From Geosiphon pyriformis uo1 (Eukaryota; Fungi; Glomeromycota), in contig JAAOMT010000128.1 in NCBI GenBank assembly GCA_016748015.1, forward strand, positions 2,177,538-2,241,537: 64,000 bases of DNA, in the 5' to 3' direction. The translations under genes and the position numbers were made by a program. Each line of letters starts with the position of its first letter. Positions within the stretch are counted from its first letter, which is position 1. This document shows positions 1 through 14,468 of the stretch, one piece after another. The notes beneath the pieces are model-generated. The model saw only the letters and a program-made list of their open reading frames with translations, was not told the DNA's origin and made no database searches.

Positions 1-1244
1 AGATGTGACATTATTCGCTGATTTGTAGAATAATAAGATTTCACAAGCATTTGCGAACCACTAGATTTCTGTAGGCTGAATTAAAATTGTCTTTGTTTAA
101 CACAATATGCCAATATGCTAAAAGCAATTGTGATTCTCGTTTGTGTCAAAGCTAATGAATCAATGTTAAGAATTAAGAACTATTGGAAGCATCAGAAAAA
201 AAACTTTTACAATCAAACGCTTCCCTAAATAAGAATTACAAAATGAGTAACAGGCGACGCATGTTACAAACATTTCATTTCCATAGACCCGAGTCTGTTT
301 CATCTTTGGTTGGCTCCTTCGGGAAAATATCTGAATTAATATTTCATACAATAAAAAGAAATAGAACAAGGTGATTTAGTTGTGGCATAACTGCACCACC
401 ACAATTATTTGTAGCAAAACCAGATATAGGGAACTTGTGATGTCACGCGTGGTGGCGACTACCAATTTCTTCGCCAAAACTACGCATCCTGGTTTCATTG
501 CTTTTTTACCCTGCGTATTCAATCCCGAAACCCAGAGTATGAAGCGCGCTTTTACTATGAAGTTTTTCAAGAACGTGGCCTTTGGAAAATGGACATCGAT
601 CAAAATTGTGGAAAACTATCGCAAACAAATCACCAATCAAAGGAGGGTAAATTTTTAGTTATCATTTAGCTAGATCTCGCTTGTTTGTCAATGTGGTTAG
701 GTGGCAGTGCATTCGGATCGTAGAAGAAAGAAGAATGATGAGGCGACTCTGTCACAAAAAAATATATAAATATTATTTATAAACAAAAAGGAGCTTATAA
801 CGAGGGAGCTGGGGATGGCGTTCGCAAGCGCGCACCTTCAGACTCTACTGAAACACAGCGTTTTATTTTTAAATTTTTTATTTAGCATTGTCATTAAAAT
901 ATAACAAATATATTAATATATAAATTTGAATTGGATAAAACTTTTTTAAAGATACTATTGTCAAACATTCATTTTTATTATAAATCAAATATTTAATTAT
1001 TAAAATGTTTTTCTCTTTTAATAATAGAAAATGTACATTCAATAAAGCATTCAAAAAAAATTAACAATTAAAAAATATATTTTTATACTTCTTATTTTAA
1101 TGTATTTTTAATTCACAATATTTTTAACATATAACTTAGCATAAATATAATAAGCATTTAAATTTATAATATTAAAAATTGTAATTAAAAGAAAAAATAA
1201 ATCCATTTTTATTTCTATGAATTATATTATGCCAAAATGGTGTT

Positions 1245-2586
1245 TATAACACATCAATAATAGGCAATATTAAGCATTGCTATGTCACGCGTATTATTTC
1301 TTGCATGGTCACTGTAGGACCAAGGCTCATCAAGAAATGCCCAGCGGAAGTCCTCTGATTATTTGGATGTTAAGATTCGTTCTGGTTAATAACACGGACC
1401 TCTAATTTATCCACCTTGCTGATCAGACGTTGTCGAAAGCGATAATCCCCACAAAGCGTTTTCCTGAAGTTTTTGTGTAATCTTTCTCGGCTTGCGATTG
1501 ACCATGTCCGACACGTCAAAAGGAGGAATGACAATAGGCCTGAATTCGCGGGTAAAGAATCCAACTGATTCCCAGTGAATTTCACTTTGCAGATGTATGA
1601 CTTTTCGCCGGGATCAATGGAGACTGCATGAACAAAGCCATCTGCTCGGGTTTCACGGAGCTGTTTTTGCGTCTTGTATACCTAGGCAACTTCTCTCGTT
1701 AATTTTGCGATAGTAGGTGAGCTTGCGATCCGGCATTCTCTTGTGAAGAATGGGCCACCTATCATTATGCCTCTTTTTTTTCGAAATGAAAGCATGCTTA
1801 TCATTATCCAGAATGGTGGTAGGCTTATAAAGATGTGGAGTAATTATCGACAGATTATGGAGATGAGTGACATAGAAACGGTTCCATGTGGATTTCAAAA
1901 AATTCTGTGCATAAATTATCATTATCTTTTCGAGCTCAAAATGATAGTGTGCTGATAATCCTTGTCGATTCGTATTATGCCTAATTACTTCTTCCCTAAC
2001 AATCAATGTTTAATCTATTACCTCATCAATAATATTCGCGGGCGCTTCTCCGTGCATAACATTCCGAGACACAAAACATTTCGCGTGAATTTTCGCTCGC
2101 CCATATTCTAGCTTCTCGAATTTTCTCATCTTCGTGTTCATTAGCGTCTTTTCCTGCCTGAAAATCTGTATAAAACCGAAGTTTATCTTTGATAGATTGA
2201 GGCTTTACCCAGGCCTGTTGTGATTGACTGATATGGGAATGTTTGGTATAAAGCGACGATGTCGACTCCAGTAGACAATAGTATTATAAGCAAATCTCGT
2301 CTAGCTCAATCACCGCTTCAAGAGCTGCATTTGAAGATGGTTCGGATACACCTTGATTAATAGTGTACGGGTGAGAGTATCATCCATCTTCTGGCGTTTG
2401 CGACAAGCTGTTGTCGCTTTCCCTGCGCTTTTCACCTGTTCTGGCACTCTTTTCGACGGTAGACAGGTCTTCTCCTCTGCATTTGACAGATAAAGACTGT
2501 GTTGATTGAAAGAATGTCTTCTGAGAGTTCACGAAGTTTTGCAGAATGAAGGAAAAAGATATATTGGAAGAAGTTGAAGGCAAAAG
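1245..2586 (-). mobile_element. IS607-type TnpA/Fanzor2 element, copy 1 (5'-truncated, degenerate)
   Basis: Minus-strand translation gives the TnpA C-terminal region, then Fanzor/TnpB motifs RTLLIKVYP..LLK..RFAYN, APANIIDE, HLYKPTTILDNDK, RuvC-I VHAVSIDPG (1607-1615) and YRFRQRLISK..QNES(Y)TSK. Frameshifts, stops and internal deletions present. Clear nucleotide similarity to 17060-18711, including the 3' non-coding end. Confidence 0.85.
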
Positions 2587-2741
2587 CATTACTAAGCAAT
2601 TAATTAGATTAGTATTTTATTGATCGACCATCAGTTCTAATCTTGCTGGCAGTGGTACAACTGACGATTCTGTTCAACGAAATTCTGGATAATATTTCAA
2701 CGATTAATAGAGACTCATATAGTGAGGAAGATCCATTTTTC

Positions 2742-5204
2742 ATGGAAGGAATCCAGTTGGGTGATTGTACTTATGAAGATAGTGACGAAAATGACGTTGA
2801 GGAATCAGAAAACGAAAATATCTATCAAGAGCAAGAGCAAGAGGAAGGGGAAGAGGAAGAGGAATATCACAGATATTGGGAAGATAATGATGTTTACGAG
2901 AGTAGCGAAGACTGGCAAGATGATTATAGTGATCCTAGTGACTGTCCTGAAAGAGAAATAGAAACTTATATAAAACCAAAATTTGAGAGTTTTGAAAATG
3001 ATTCCGAAAAAATTTTTGTTCCATTTGATTCAAATGATTATAATGGCAAGTTATTAATTAAAATTTTACATTGCCCACAAATGCATTTCAAATATTAATG
3101 ATACCGAGATTTTAATTTTTAGAATTGAATCGACTTCCAAATGTAAGTTCGTGGCAAGACAGATTTCTACAAAATTCCCATCACGTAAGGCGTACATGTT
3201 ATCGCAATGATCTTGGTCATAATTCAGAAGCATCAGATCTGTCAGATATAGAACACAGTGACTCTGAAGGGTCTCGAGACCTTACTGAGGACACTCACTC
3301 CCTTGTTGGAATGCCAAAACAAATTTCAGGCTCTATTAAACGCCTTCGTAGATCAATAATTAACCAACAAGTCAATGCACCTTGGTTTCAAAAATCTTTT
3401 CTGCGTAAGGATAAAGGCCACCCAAGACAAATTGTTCATTCTCCCTCTAGCAGCAACCATTTTCAATGTGCTAATTCATTAGCCGTATGTCCTACAGATT
3501 TCGGGTTAAATCATGATATTTACACCTATACCTTAAATTTAGTGATCAAAGCTGGTCAACGAAGCAAATTCGATCCAACTTCTAGCAACCCATTAGTTGA
3601 TAAAGATGAGATTAGAGGAAAAAAGTTATTTGAGGAGGCAGAAAGTGATATTGAACATTTTCCAACTCCCTATCTTGATGAAAATGCAAAAATTTTAATA
3701 CAACCATTTCGTAAACATTTCAACGCGGCTGACAATTTATCATTCAACCACCTTTCTGAGCACGCCGCTATTGTTTTACAAAAACAACCATATTTCATTA
3801 CTCATAAGTTTGGTTATTTATGTGTGGGAGGAGGGGAAGACGCTATTTCTGTGTATAGCACAATGAATAACCAACCTGATCTCTTACTCCAAACAAAGAT
3901 TGACAGTAGTTACCCTATTTTAATCAACAGTGCTGATATATTTCGCTGGGAAATCACAACTACAACTGAGTTAGAAAAGAAGTATTTTTACCTTCTCATC
4001 GTTACTGCCAATCAATATGGAGTATTCTTCTTTGAACTTCCACCATACCGTAATTCAATACCTAACACCAAAGAAACAAAATATTCTTCACCCAAACTTA
4101 TTAAACACTCAAGTGTCTTTGAGCCAGGAGATCCGTCAAGGGCGATGGTCAATGACGCACGAATAAGCCCCAATGGAAAATGGGTCGTTGTGGTGTCTGA
4201 TTCTTCTAGCAATTGGATCTTTGATGTAGTAAAAAAGGAGAAAAGGAAATCCCGGAAATCCCGGAAAAGGGATTTGCTCGCCAATGTTCCTTTTGTAATC
4301 GGGGAACCCCGGCATTTGAACAATATCCAGGTTCTTAATCGATACATGGCAGGAGAATATAGATCCCAATATGTTTCATGGAACAGCAATTCAACAATGT
4401 TTGCGCAATCCTCAGACACCCATTGCTTTATTATTGTATGGGGAATGCCAAAAGCCGAGATATTACATGTTATTGACACTGGAGGCCCCACTTTCGCGAT
4501 CAAGTTTAATCCTTTAAGGGAACAATTGCTTGCGTTCGCCAATAGGTAATTTTTGAAAACAGGGTTACTACTTTAAATTCTTAAATTCATTGGTAGAGAC
4601 TGCAATTTTCGCTTTTAATATTTTTTAATATTTGTCATTTAGATTTGGGTTTTTCCATCTAGTTGATTTCAGTCAATCAACTGATCCAAAAATCACTTGG
4701 AATACTTCAACCCTTCCCTTTCAAGGTGTACCTCATGAAGAAAAACCTCAACATGAGATCCTTGATACATCCACCTCAGAGTATTTGCCCCCATCGATCA
4801 TCCAAAGAGCGAAACATGTCTTTCGCCATGAGATTTATATGATTAGCCGACGAGCTAGAAATCACCCTAAATATCGAATATTCAGCACCATTAACGGTAT
4901 AGAATGGTCATCAGATGGGGAAAATTTATATATTGCTTCAAAGTGTCGGGTTTTGACGTATACAATAATCGAAAGACCCGTGAAGAGTTTATTTGAAATG
5001 TGCGCGTGCATAATTAGGCAATGGGCTGAAGAAAAACGTGATGCTGTAAAACATGGAAGAGAGATTCCAGAGATGTGGAAGGGAATAGATCGAAAATGGA
5101 ATTATGTTAGCATTGGGGTCAAAGAACAAATTTTCCATGGCTTGGGATTTGGCAGTCATTTTGAAGCAGAAACCCAGCTTTTTGATCCATATGGGAAACT
5201 TTGA
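2742..5204 (+). CDS. WD40/beta-propeller-like protein with acidic N-terminus and C-terminal BC-box/SOCS-box-like motif; exons 2742-3045, 3123-4545, 4643-5204
   Basis: Three ORFs join in frame through a GC-AG intron (3046-3122) and a GT-AG intron (4546-4642). WD-like segments VNDARISPNGKWVVVVSD, VSWNSNSTMFAQSSD, FAIKFNP, INGIEWSSDGENLYIAS. C-terminal VKSLFEMCACIIR. Confidence 0.8.
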
Positions 5205-5544
5205 AAACTATTTGAAGCACCATTGTGGATGCATATTATGAGAATATGGAAATTTTGAAATTTTCATGAAAAAATGACGGTCAAATAAACCCAAATCTGG
5301 TAAAGAGCTTGTATAATAAAGATTATCAAAATACTGGGACTTAAGATTTGAGATTCCACATTTTCCTGAATATTTCACGCTTTTACTAACATTTGATTTT
5401 GATCTGCGGATGAATTGTAGATAATCCAAAATAAAACCAATTTTTTTCTTTAATACTTACTTAAAAATAATCATTTATTGAATACGTCAAAAAAACTTAA
5501 TATGATAAGAAAAACTTTACCTATTGTAAATATTTCGCATCCAC

Positions 5545-5790
5545 AAAAGAAAACATAATTCTCTTACTGTAACTCAAAAAAAAAATTTTTGTCAAGCCAA
5601 AAAGACTTTTTAGCAAGTCAATTTGGCATAGGAAAATTTACAATACATAACATTTTGAAAGAAAAAGTGAATTTCTCAACAAAAAATTAAGTCTTCCACT
5701 CTTAAACTTAAAAGAAAAAAAACACTAAATTTTTTCACATTGAACAATTCTTAACATTATAGCTTGACCAAGCAAATAATACAAAATTAG
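5545..5790 (+). mobile_element. Eroded pogo/Tigger transposase 5' remnant (HTH_psq/CENP-B-like)
   Basis: Broken frames read SLTVTQKK..CQ, LASQFGIGKFTIHNILKEK and KF.HIEQFLTL*LDQAN, resembling the Tigger N-terminal DNA-binding region. The sequence fades into AT-only DNA. Confidence 0.55.
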
Positions 5791-7720
5791 AATTCTTTAA
5801 AACTTCAAAAAAATATGAAAAAGTTAATGCAAATAATAGTAAATAAATGTAATTAAATCTTTTATTTAATAATACTATAAATAATTTATCAGATTTATTA
5901 GAATTTTAAAAAAAAATACCACATATTGTTAATTAAATTGTAAAATAAATTTTATTTTACTATTTATTTAATAAAAAAAATCATTACTCTTATTAATAAT
6001 ATAAAAATTTAAAATATTGTAAATATTAAATTCATTTTTAAAATTCAACAAAAAAATAATTTAGATTACTGAAAATCTTATATATATTCAAAAATTTTAT
6101 TATATAACCAAATTCTGTGATTTAACTTTTAAAAAATCCAATTTAAACTTAAATACTTTATTAAATATAATAATTTTATATATAACAAATAAAGCAGTGG
6201 CTATAATATAAAAACTAAGTTAACAAACCAATTTAAAAAACTTGAAATGTGACATAAAAATTAAATATAAATTTAAAACAAGTAATTTAAACTTTAATAT
6301 TATAATAGAATTAATACTTAAAGCTTTTTTATTAAATACAACTTTTTTAAAATATTAGTCTTGATAAGTACAATATTAAATTTTAAAAATATTATATAAA
6401 ACAATAACTTCTTTTTATTTTAAAAAATCTAAATGCTGTTTTTTATCAAAGTTAATCAATAAAAAAAACAGTTTTAACAAATTTAAAAAATAACATATTA
6501 ACAAACTTTAATTTAATAATAAAAACTTTACTAAATACTTTAAAAACATTTTGAATATTATAAAAATAATAGCAGTAAAAACAAAACCAAAACCACAAAT
6601 TATAGCAGGCTTTGTAATTTTAAAAATAATAAAAAAAAGATATTTAATAAATTAATTTTAGTACCAGTATTTAAAAATTCTAAAATGTAAATTTTATACA
6701 AAAAATTAATATTCTATTTAATAATTAATTTAATATTAATAAAATCGTGTTAAAATTAAAATACAATTTTAATATAAGCTATTTTAATTTTAACAAAAAC
6801 ATCAAAAATTAAAATAAAAACTATTATTTAAAATTTTTTTAATAACTAATATTTTTTTAGAAAAATAGTTTTAATTTTTATATTAGCAACTTAATTTTTT
6901 AAGCTAAATAATATTTTAATATTAAATAAAGGTATATGTTAAAATATAACTTGTTTTGTTTTTATAATCAGTAATAATTAACCGAAATTATCTTTATTAA
7001 ACAATATAATTAAATATTAATCTAAAACTAATTTAATAAATATGCTGTTATTATTATTTAAAACTAAAAAAAACTATTATTTATAGCCAAAATAAATTAC
7101 ATATTATAATCAAGATTGGTAGTAAAAACACTGAAAAAACAAAAATTATTAAGAAAAAAATTATTTTTTAAAATTTTAAAAAAATTTGTTATAATAATAA
7201 TAACAAAACTAAATTTATTAATATTTATATTAACAAAAAATTAAATAAGTCTTGATATATTATATTAAAAAACTTTAATTAAAAAATAGTTTTTAATCAA
7301 ATTAAAAACTATTTTTTTTTAAAAAAAGTATTTTATTATGCTTTATCTAAATGTTTTTACAATTAAAATTTTGTTTCAAGTAATAACATTTTCAAAAACT
7401 AAAAAATAATGCTTGTTGCTTTTTTTACTTATAATAAAAAAAAAAATTTAATTTTTAATAATAATTATAATAATATTGTTATTTTTTTTATTACATTTTA
7501 CGAGTAAAGCCCAAATGCCAAAAATCGAAATATTGTTATCAACAATAATTTTGTTAATTTAATTAATTATTACATACATAAAAATGCTATAAATCTAAAA
7601 TATATTTAATTTAATAAAAACAATTATTATAAAATAATTTATTAAATTAAATAATTTGAAAATTATAATTGATTTTTAAAAAATTTATTTATACAATTAT
7701 ATTAAAATAAAAAAAAAAAA
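5790..7720. other. Extremely AT-rich eroded DNA (left flank of LINE)
   Basis: Very few G/C, no ORFs in the track. Confidence 0.8.
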
Positions 7721-10700
7721 CTTCTTTCTCTTATTTATCCTTAAATTCCAAAAAAAAGTTAAATAGTTTTTTGAAAGAAGTTTTTTTTATTATTCAGTAT
7801 GATAAATTCAAACTGTTTTTGCTTGATTATGAAGCCACCATTGGTTCTAGTATTGCCATTCTGAATAAGTCTATCATGGAGCCTAGTTCTAATACTAGTG
7901 TTAAATTTACTGAGTCCAAAAAGAAGAGAAGAGGTAATGCTTTAGAAGATAATATTGGTAATAGGAAAATTACTACTAAGATGTCAAGTGATTGTTCTTG
8001 AGGCTTTAAAATTGGTGATACCACCGAATCAGATAGTGTAGACATAGAGAAGGAATTTTTGGTTGAAAAAACCAGCTTTGATTATGGAGATGGTAGCACT
8101 CTTATTAGAAGGGACTTGGAACAAACACCTAAGAATTCAAAAATTCTAACCAAAAAGACACTAAAAAAACCACTAAGGAAAATTAACTTCTTGGGTGATG
8201 ATGGTAATAATATTTTGTTGAACACTTCATTGACATTCCTCTTTTTCTTGAAAATTCTGGTCAACATTCCGGTTAGAAAATTGTTTGCTTTAGATATTGG
8301 CTTGAACAAGGTGTATAGAAACTCTTCTCAAGAAAAACTTTCAGTAATCAGAAAATTATTTTTGGGTATTAATAGTTTTAAGAGGGCTTCTACTCTCTCA
8401 AAATTTTCTGAAATCATCTAAGTGACATTCACTTCTGAATTGAATTTAATAAAAGCCACTGAAAAAACTACTGATATAAAGATTTTAGTAAATACTGATC
8501 TCAAAAAATCTACTGGGTGCTCAGATCGGACTGTAGTGTTAAAAAAAATTCCAGTTGGAACATCAGCTGAAACTGTGCATGCTGTACTATCTGAATATGA
8601 TGTGGTGGTGTTAATTAAGATGCAATTAATAAGATTGTAGCAAAAAGCTGTAGTTAAATTTGGTAAAATTGAACAGACTGATTTGGTTATAGCTTATTGG
8701 TCTATTTTGATTGGTAAAGATGTTATGTGTGTGACCAGGGCTGATAAAGATAAAGAATCATAAAATATAAGGGATCATTATAGAGCACTGCTCTATACTC
8801 TGCCAATAGAAATAAATGCTCATAACATCTGGGATTTTATTGGCTTAGTGAGTGAAAAAACATGTGTAATCGATTATTATCCTATTACATATGCTCAAAC
8901 CAGATGTGTTGTTGTTTGTTTTAAATTGGCTAAATTTTTGGATGCTGTCATAGACACTACTTTGGTTTTGAAAGATGTGAATCTGTGTTGGTCTTGTCTG
9001 AGTTTTTCTAAATGTGCTAAGTGTGAGAAAATAGGCCATACATTATTAGACTGTTCTATAAATAGAAATCTCCTCTCTTGAAGGTCTTCTCATAGAGCAC
9101 TTTCAGACATAGATAAGAGCAGACTGGCTATCATCTATGCCAAACATTTGGCTTTTATTGCTTATCCTGTCACTTTTGGTGGAATTTCTTAAGCAAAGAT
9201 TGCTGGTGGATCTTTGTTTTCTTCTCTCTTTATGCATAATAATTTGGTTAATTCTGGCTCCTCTTTGAAGATAAAGCCTATCTTATTTGTTACAATTGAT
9301 ATTGAAAAAAAGTTTGCTGTTTTGGAGAGCAGTCTTATCAGTCTCATGGGACAAATTAGTAAGTTGGCTAAGAAATTGGACTTATTTATGCCAACAGTTT
9401 CCCAGTCTAATCTTAGATGTCAGCTGCCAGTAACCCCCTCATTACAGAATCAAGTGGGTAATGTAGTAATGGGAGAAAGTTCAAGTGCGACCACAGGTGG
9501 TGAGACTACTGCAAATTTGGACTTTTTTGCCTCTCCCAAGATGAAAAGACTAGAAAACATGCTGGAAGGACTTTCTGCTTTGGTTTTAAGTCTGATAGCA
9601 AAATTTAATGGTTCAATTTTGGCTGGTAGTGCATTTTCCAAACTCTCTTCTCAATGACCAGTCTAGTTTAGAAGATTGCCATATGCAATATTAAAGGTAT
9701 GAACAATCTAGCTAAACAAAAAGATATTGTACATTGGCATAAAGACATGAACAATCTGGTTTTAATTTTTACAAAAACAAAGCTGAAAAAAAAGATCCAT
9801 CTATGAATTGTTGACAAATTTAGTAATGTTTAAGTGTTTATTTTAGGTTTGAACTCTGGCTACTTGAATTTAAGTATTGCTGTAGTTATAGACAATTTTT
9901 TGGCAAAACATATATATAAGGTTTTTAAGGTATCTAGTTGGCTTCTTTCTATCAAGTTACTTTTTAAAAATAGACTTTCTGTTTCGATTCTGGGGCTCTA
10001 TGCTGGTACTTTTTTTGTAATTTGATTCTCCCAAGCTGGTAATATCAACTCTCTTATTGTCAAAGCTACAAATGAGTCCTCTTTTATCATCCTTGGCAGT
10101 AATTTTAATAAAAATGAGTCTTACAAATGTGCAAGTTTTAAAAAATGTTTCAGTTTGGGTTTAGTTAATTCCTTAGTTGGAAGCTTAGCAGCCAAAATGT
10201 CTATGTGGGAAAACTCCAAAGATGTTGCTAAAACAATTGACTATGTTTTTGTTTCTTCAAATTTGGTCAATGCAATTTTATACTGTGATGTTCTGAGTAT
10301 TAGTGAGCATTTTGATACTGATTTTCATGCTGTCTTTGTGTCTGTGAGTTTGGGTGGATTTTTGGATGTGCAGTTAAACTTTTTTCACAAACAGACAAAC
10401 AGAGATTATTGAAAGTTTGACATCAAAAGTGCTAATAAGGTGACATAAGATGAGTTTAATGATGCTATGATAGCTAATACTGCTATGTTCTCTGATAAGT
10501 TTGTTACATCTAAAAAGTATTTGGATCTGGACACTATATAGGACACTGTTTACAAGGTAGTGTCTCTTTCAGCTAATGGTGTTTTCAAAAAATAATAATT
10601 TAAGGACTATAATAAAGTGTTCACCAAAAAATTGTCCAGGTTTTACAAACTAGAAGTTTTGGTTTCAAGATTGGCTAAGGCTTCTTATGAAGTGGTGTTT

Positions 10701-13700
10701 AACAAATTTGTCTCTCTTTTAAAACATTGGGACTCTTTGGATCCTGACAAGACATTTATTATTCAGGTTTTTATTTGCTCTGGTGCAGATTTTGATTGTA
10801 TATATTTTGCTTTCTTTGGTATAAAAAAGTCTTATAATGCGTTCAAGCTGGCTGAGTCTTTATGTGCTGAAGAATTAGGCATTAGATCTGTTATTAAAAA
10901 ATAGATAAAGAGTTTTGTAGTTACAAAGACCACACAATCCATAATGTTTTGAAACATTCTTTTTGGAAAGTGGTGCTGAACCACCTGGTTTCTGATGGTA
11001 GTTTAATTGTGAATCCAGTTGATGTTAAAAATAATATTGACAAGATTATAGAAAATTGAACAAGAAAGAGGGTGGTGCTGTATAATATTCTTGATTCATA
11101 GCAATATCAATACCTGCCATTGGATTATATTGACAATAATGTCTTTTCTAGAGTAATAGATACTATTAACTATAAAGATTTGGTGCACATGGTCAAAGAT
11201 CTGCCAGATAGCAAAACAGCTGGTTTGTTTGGTATTACAAATAAACTTTGGAAACATTGTGATGGTTCTGTGCTTGGTATGCTGTTAAATCTCTTTAATC
11301 TCTGTTTGGTTTGTAAATCAGTATTTCAACTCTAAAAAAAAACTTGGGTGTCTATGATTCCTAAGCCTTATAAGTAGAAGAGTATTCTGACTAATACTAG
11401 ACTGATAGTTTTGATTGAGACTGCTTGTAAAATTTTCTCTAAGATACTTTCTAATAAGATTTTGTTGGTATGCAGTGTGTTCAATGTTCTTCATAGTGAC
11501 AACTTCTCTGTGCTTAAGAGCACTACTACTTAGTCTCTTATTTTTGCCATCAGTTCGGTTGTTAAAGATACTTTAGAAAAAAATTGTGAGCTTTGGCTTG
11601 TTTTACAGAATATGTAGAAGGTCTATGATTCTGTGGGTTGGTACCACTTATAGAATAGTTTGGTTTAGATTAAGATGTATGATTGTTTTATCAGATTTTT
11701 TAAGAGTATTCACAATAATTATGTTAATTGTGTCATGATTGATTTTGGCCTGATTAATGAGTATCAAGTACATAATAGTCTTGACCAGAGTGAGATGTTT
11801 TCTTTTTTGCTGTAAAGGATCTTCTATGATCCCCTTTTATGTGAAGTTAAAAGGCAGAGAAGTTTGTGTAGATATCGTATTGACTCTAGGTTTGTTGTTA
11901 AAACTGACAAGTTAGAAAACCAAGATGGTTTAACTTTGTTTTTGGCAGCTGGTGCTTTTGTTGATAACACAATATGGGTGGAAAGTAGCCAGGCTGCCAC
12001 TCAGTACATTTTGAACATTGCTAGTGAGTTTTTTAGTATAAATAATATCTTTATTAATAATAAAAAAACTGTAGCTATTCCTATTAACAGAAAGATGAGA
12101 GAAGTGTCATTGTCAATAAGTGGTCTGCTGATTTCAATTGCTTGTAGAAAAAAATCTCATAGGTATTTTGAGATATATTTGTCATCTGAGAGTTTGTCCA
12201 AATCCAGTTTGGCAAAAGCTCATTCAGATGTTAGGTTCTTTGTTAATTTGGTTTTGAGGAAGACTATTTTTGACAAACAGTTTCTCTATCTGGTGTTAGC
12301 TGTGTTACAACCCATTGTTGATTATAGATTTCAATTTAGTTTTTTTTCTAAAAGTGTGTGTATTAAGTAGGATACATTAATTAGAAGAGATTTGAGACTT
12401 AAGACTGGACTACCAAAAGACTTTTCTAATAAGGCTTTTCATCATCTGTCTTTGTATGATCTGAAGTCTTTTAAACAGTTGCAAGCTGAATGCAAAGTGA
12501 CTTCTGTATTAAGTTTCTCAAATGCTGGTAGGCTTTTGGGTCACTTATTTATTCATAGATCTCTTGACCTACAGGTTTTAAGTTGGTTGCCTGTTCACCC
12601 TTTATATTACCTGGTTAGGTTGCATGTTAGTTCAGTTAACAATTTTTTGGCTGGTGTTGTTAAAATTTTTTGAATTGTGATATGTCTCTTGGGAACTTTT
12701 CTCATACAATATTCTATTTTTCTGGTGAAATGCCAATGTCTTTAATTCTGAAAGATTATTTGTTTTATGAAGTTTTATGCTTACTTAAGAGATTTGGAGT
12801 TGCTTTTGTCAAACAGCTATATACCAAAAAGAGTTTAATTTTTGACTGGAAAAGCTTTTATTGTTGGAAGAGACTTGATCCAAGAGGCCCAGTTTCTTAT
12901 TGGTTCAATTTGGTATGTGACTTTCTGGCTTACTTCTCTTTTCATAATGATCTACCTGTTGCCAAACTCTAGTCACTGGATTTTGGTAGTTCAGATGATG
13001 TTTTTTAGCTGAAACAATGTTTTTTTGTTTCTAATTTAAATGTTGTTAAGGTTTACACAGATGAATTTTTAATAAATATTGGTATGCAGAAGATGAAGTA
13101 TGGTGCAGCTGCTTACTTCTCAGATGTAGATCTAGATATTAGCATTAGGGTTAATGGGTTGATTTCTTCCACTTTGGCTGAATTGCAGATGATTGCTTTA
13201 ACTTTGGAGTGTGTTTTTTCTTGTGATTCTGTTGTGGTTTATTCGGACAATTAGGCTGTCTTAGACACTTGTACTACTAAGTTAGTTTTGGCTTTTTCAG
13301 ACTTCTGTAACTATTGCTGGATAAAGTGATATGGTATTGTAAATCTGATTAGAGAAAAAAGGCTTAGTGTTTCTTGGCATAAGGTTAAAAAACATTCAGG
13401 TGTTTTGGATAATGAGCATGCTAACAAATTGGCTAATTCAGTTGCAAATTCAGATTTGGTGCTTTCTGTTTTGATTAAAAAAATGTTCATTAAGGCTGGT
13501 GGAATGGTGATGTTTGGTAATGTTTAGCATTTTGCTCAGGATGTTTTTAAGGCTGTGGATTATGCTCATTGAGAGGCTGAACCTGATTCTGCTGTTATTA
13601 ACAAAGATATAATTAGTAATGTGAATTAGGTTTATATTGCTTCAGTCTGACATCCCGACTTGCACATGGTGGTTGAATTCATCAACAAGTCTACTGCTGA

Positions 13701-14468
13701 TCTACACTCATATTTTTTGAAGACTCTGCACCACCATCTGCTGGTTGTTGTGCAGAAGCACTTGTATAATAGAGATTATCCAAGTGTTTTGTGTCTTCAT
13801 TATGGAGAAATAAAGAGCTCTAATCACTTTTTTGTATGTGCATTTGACTCTGAAGTCCATAAGAATCTGCTTGCTTCCCATTTGGCTAAGTGACATGCTG
13901 TATCTGATTGGGTCTCCTTTTGTCTTGAATCTTGCAAGTGCTTTCTTTGTGTGCTTTTGATGATGTGCTATACACCACTTTGAGCAAAGGCTTTTTGTTC
14001 AAAGATTGATATCTGAAGACTGCATCTGTTTTGGGTAATGTTAAAGTTGCAGAAAGAGTTATTATTAACTTTGTTCAGAGTTTTGGTGTTGCTTATCATG
14101 CTGACATATGGTTGGTTAAGGCCAAATATAGAGCCTTTATAGAGAAAAGTGGTTTAGTTTATCATAATGGTTTTGTGTTTTCTGTGACCCAAGGTTTTTT
14201 GTCTTTGCTCTCAGCTGGAGTAGTTAAGTTGCTTGGAATTGCTGAGACACTTGGTGTCTGTTTTAGTTTTTGTAAACTCTGCTGATTTTTTTCTGGTATT
14301 AGTAGCGTGGTATCTGTTATAATAGATTTGTAGTATTGCTTTGATCAGTCTAAATGGCTGGTTATGTATAGAAAATACATAATTTATGCCTAGTTTAGAT
14401 TACTTAGTTTAACGTATTGTGTTAGGTAATATTTGGGTCTCACTCATTAAATGTTAAAAAAAAAAAAA
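7721..14468 (+). mobile_element. Near full-length degenerate non-LTR retrotransposon (LINE) with RNase H
   Basis: ORF1 remnant ~7876-9657 with CCHC knuckle CAKCEKIGHTLLDC. ORF2 remnant ~9654-14330: APE endonuclease (CNIKGMNN, GSNFN, KTIDYVFVS, TDFHAV), RT (TNTRLIVLIE, AFVDNTIW from F-x-DD), RNase H (VYTD, STLAELQ, VYSDN, WHKVKKHSG..NEHANKLA) and a C-terminal Cys/His motif. 3' poly(A) at 14456-14468. Many stops. Confidence 0.93.

Noticed and set aside
166-860. Short ORFs and a GC-rich patch at ~800-860 considered as a gene or tRNA/ncRNA
   Set aside because: No recognisable protein motif, cloverleaf or known ncRNA signature.
4012-4542. 176-aa minus-strand ORF
   Set aside because: Antisense shadow of the WD40 exon; no independent evidence.
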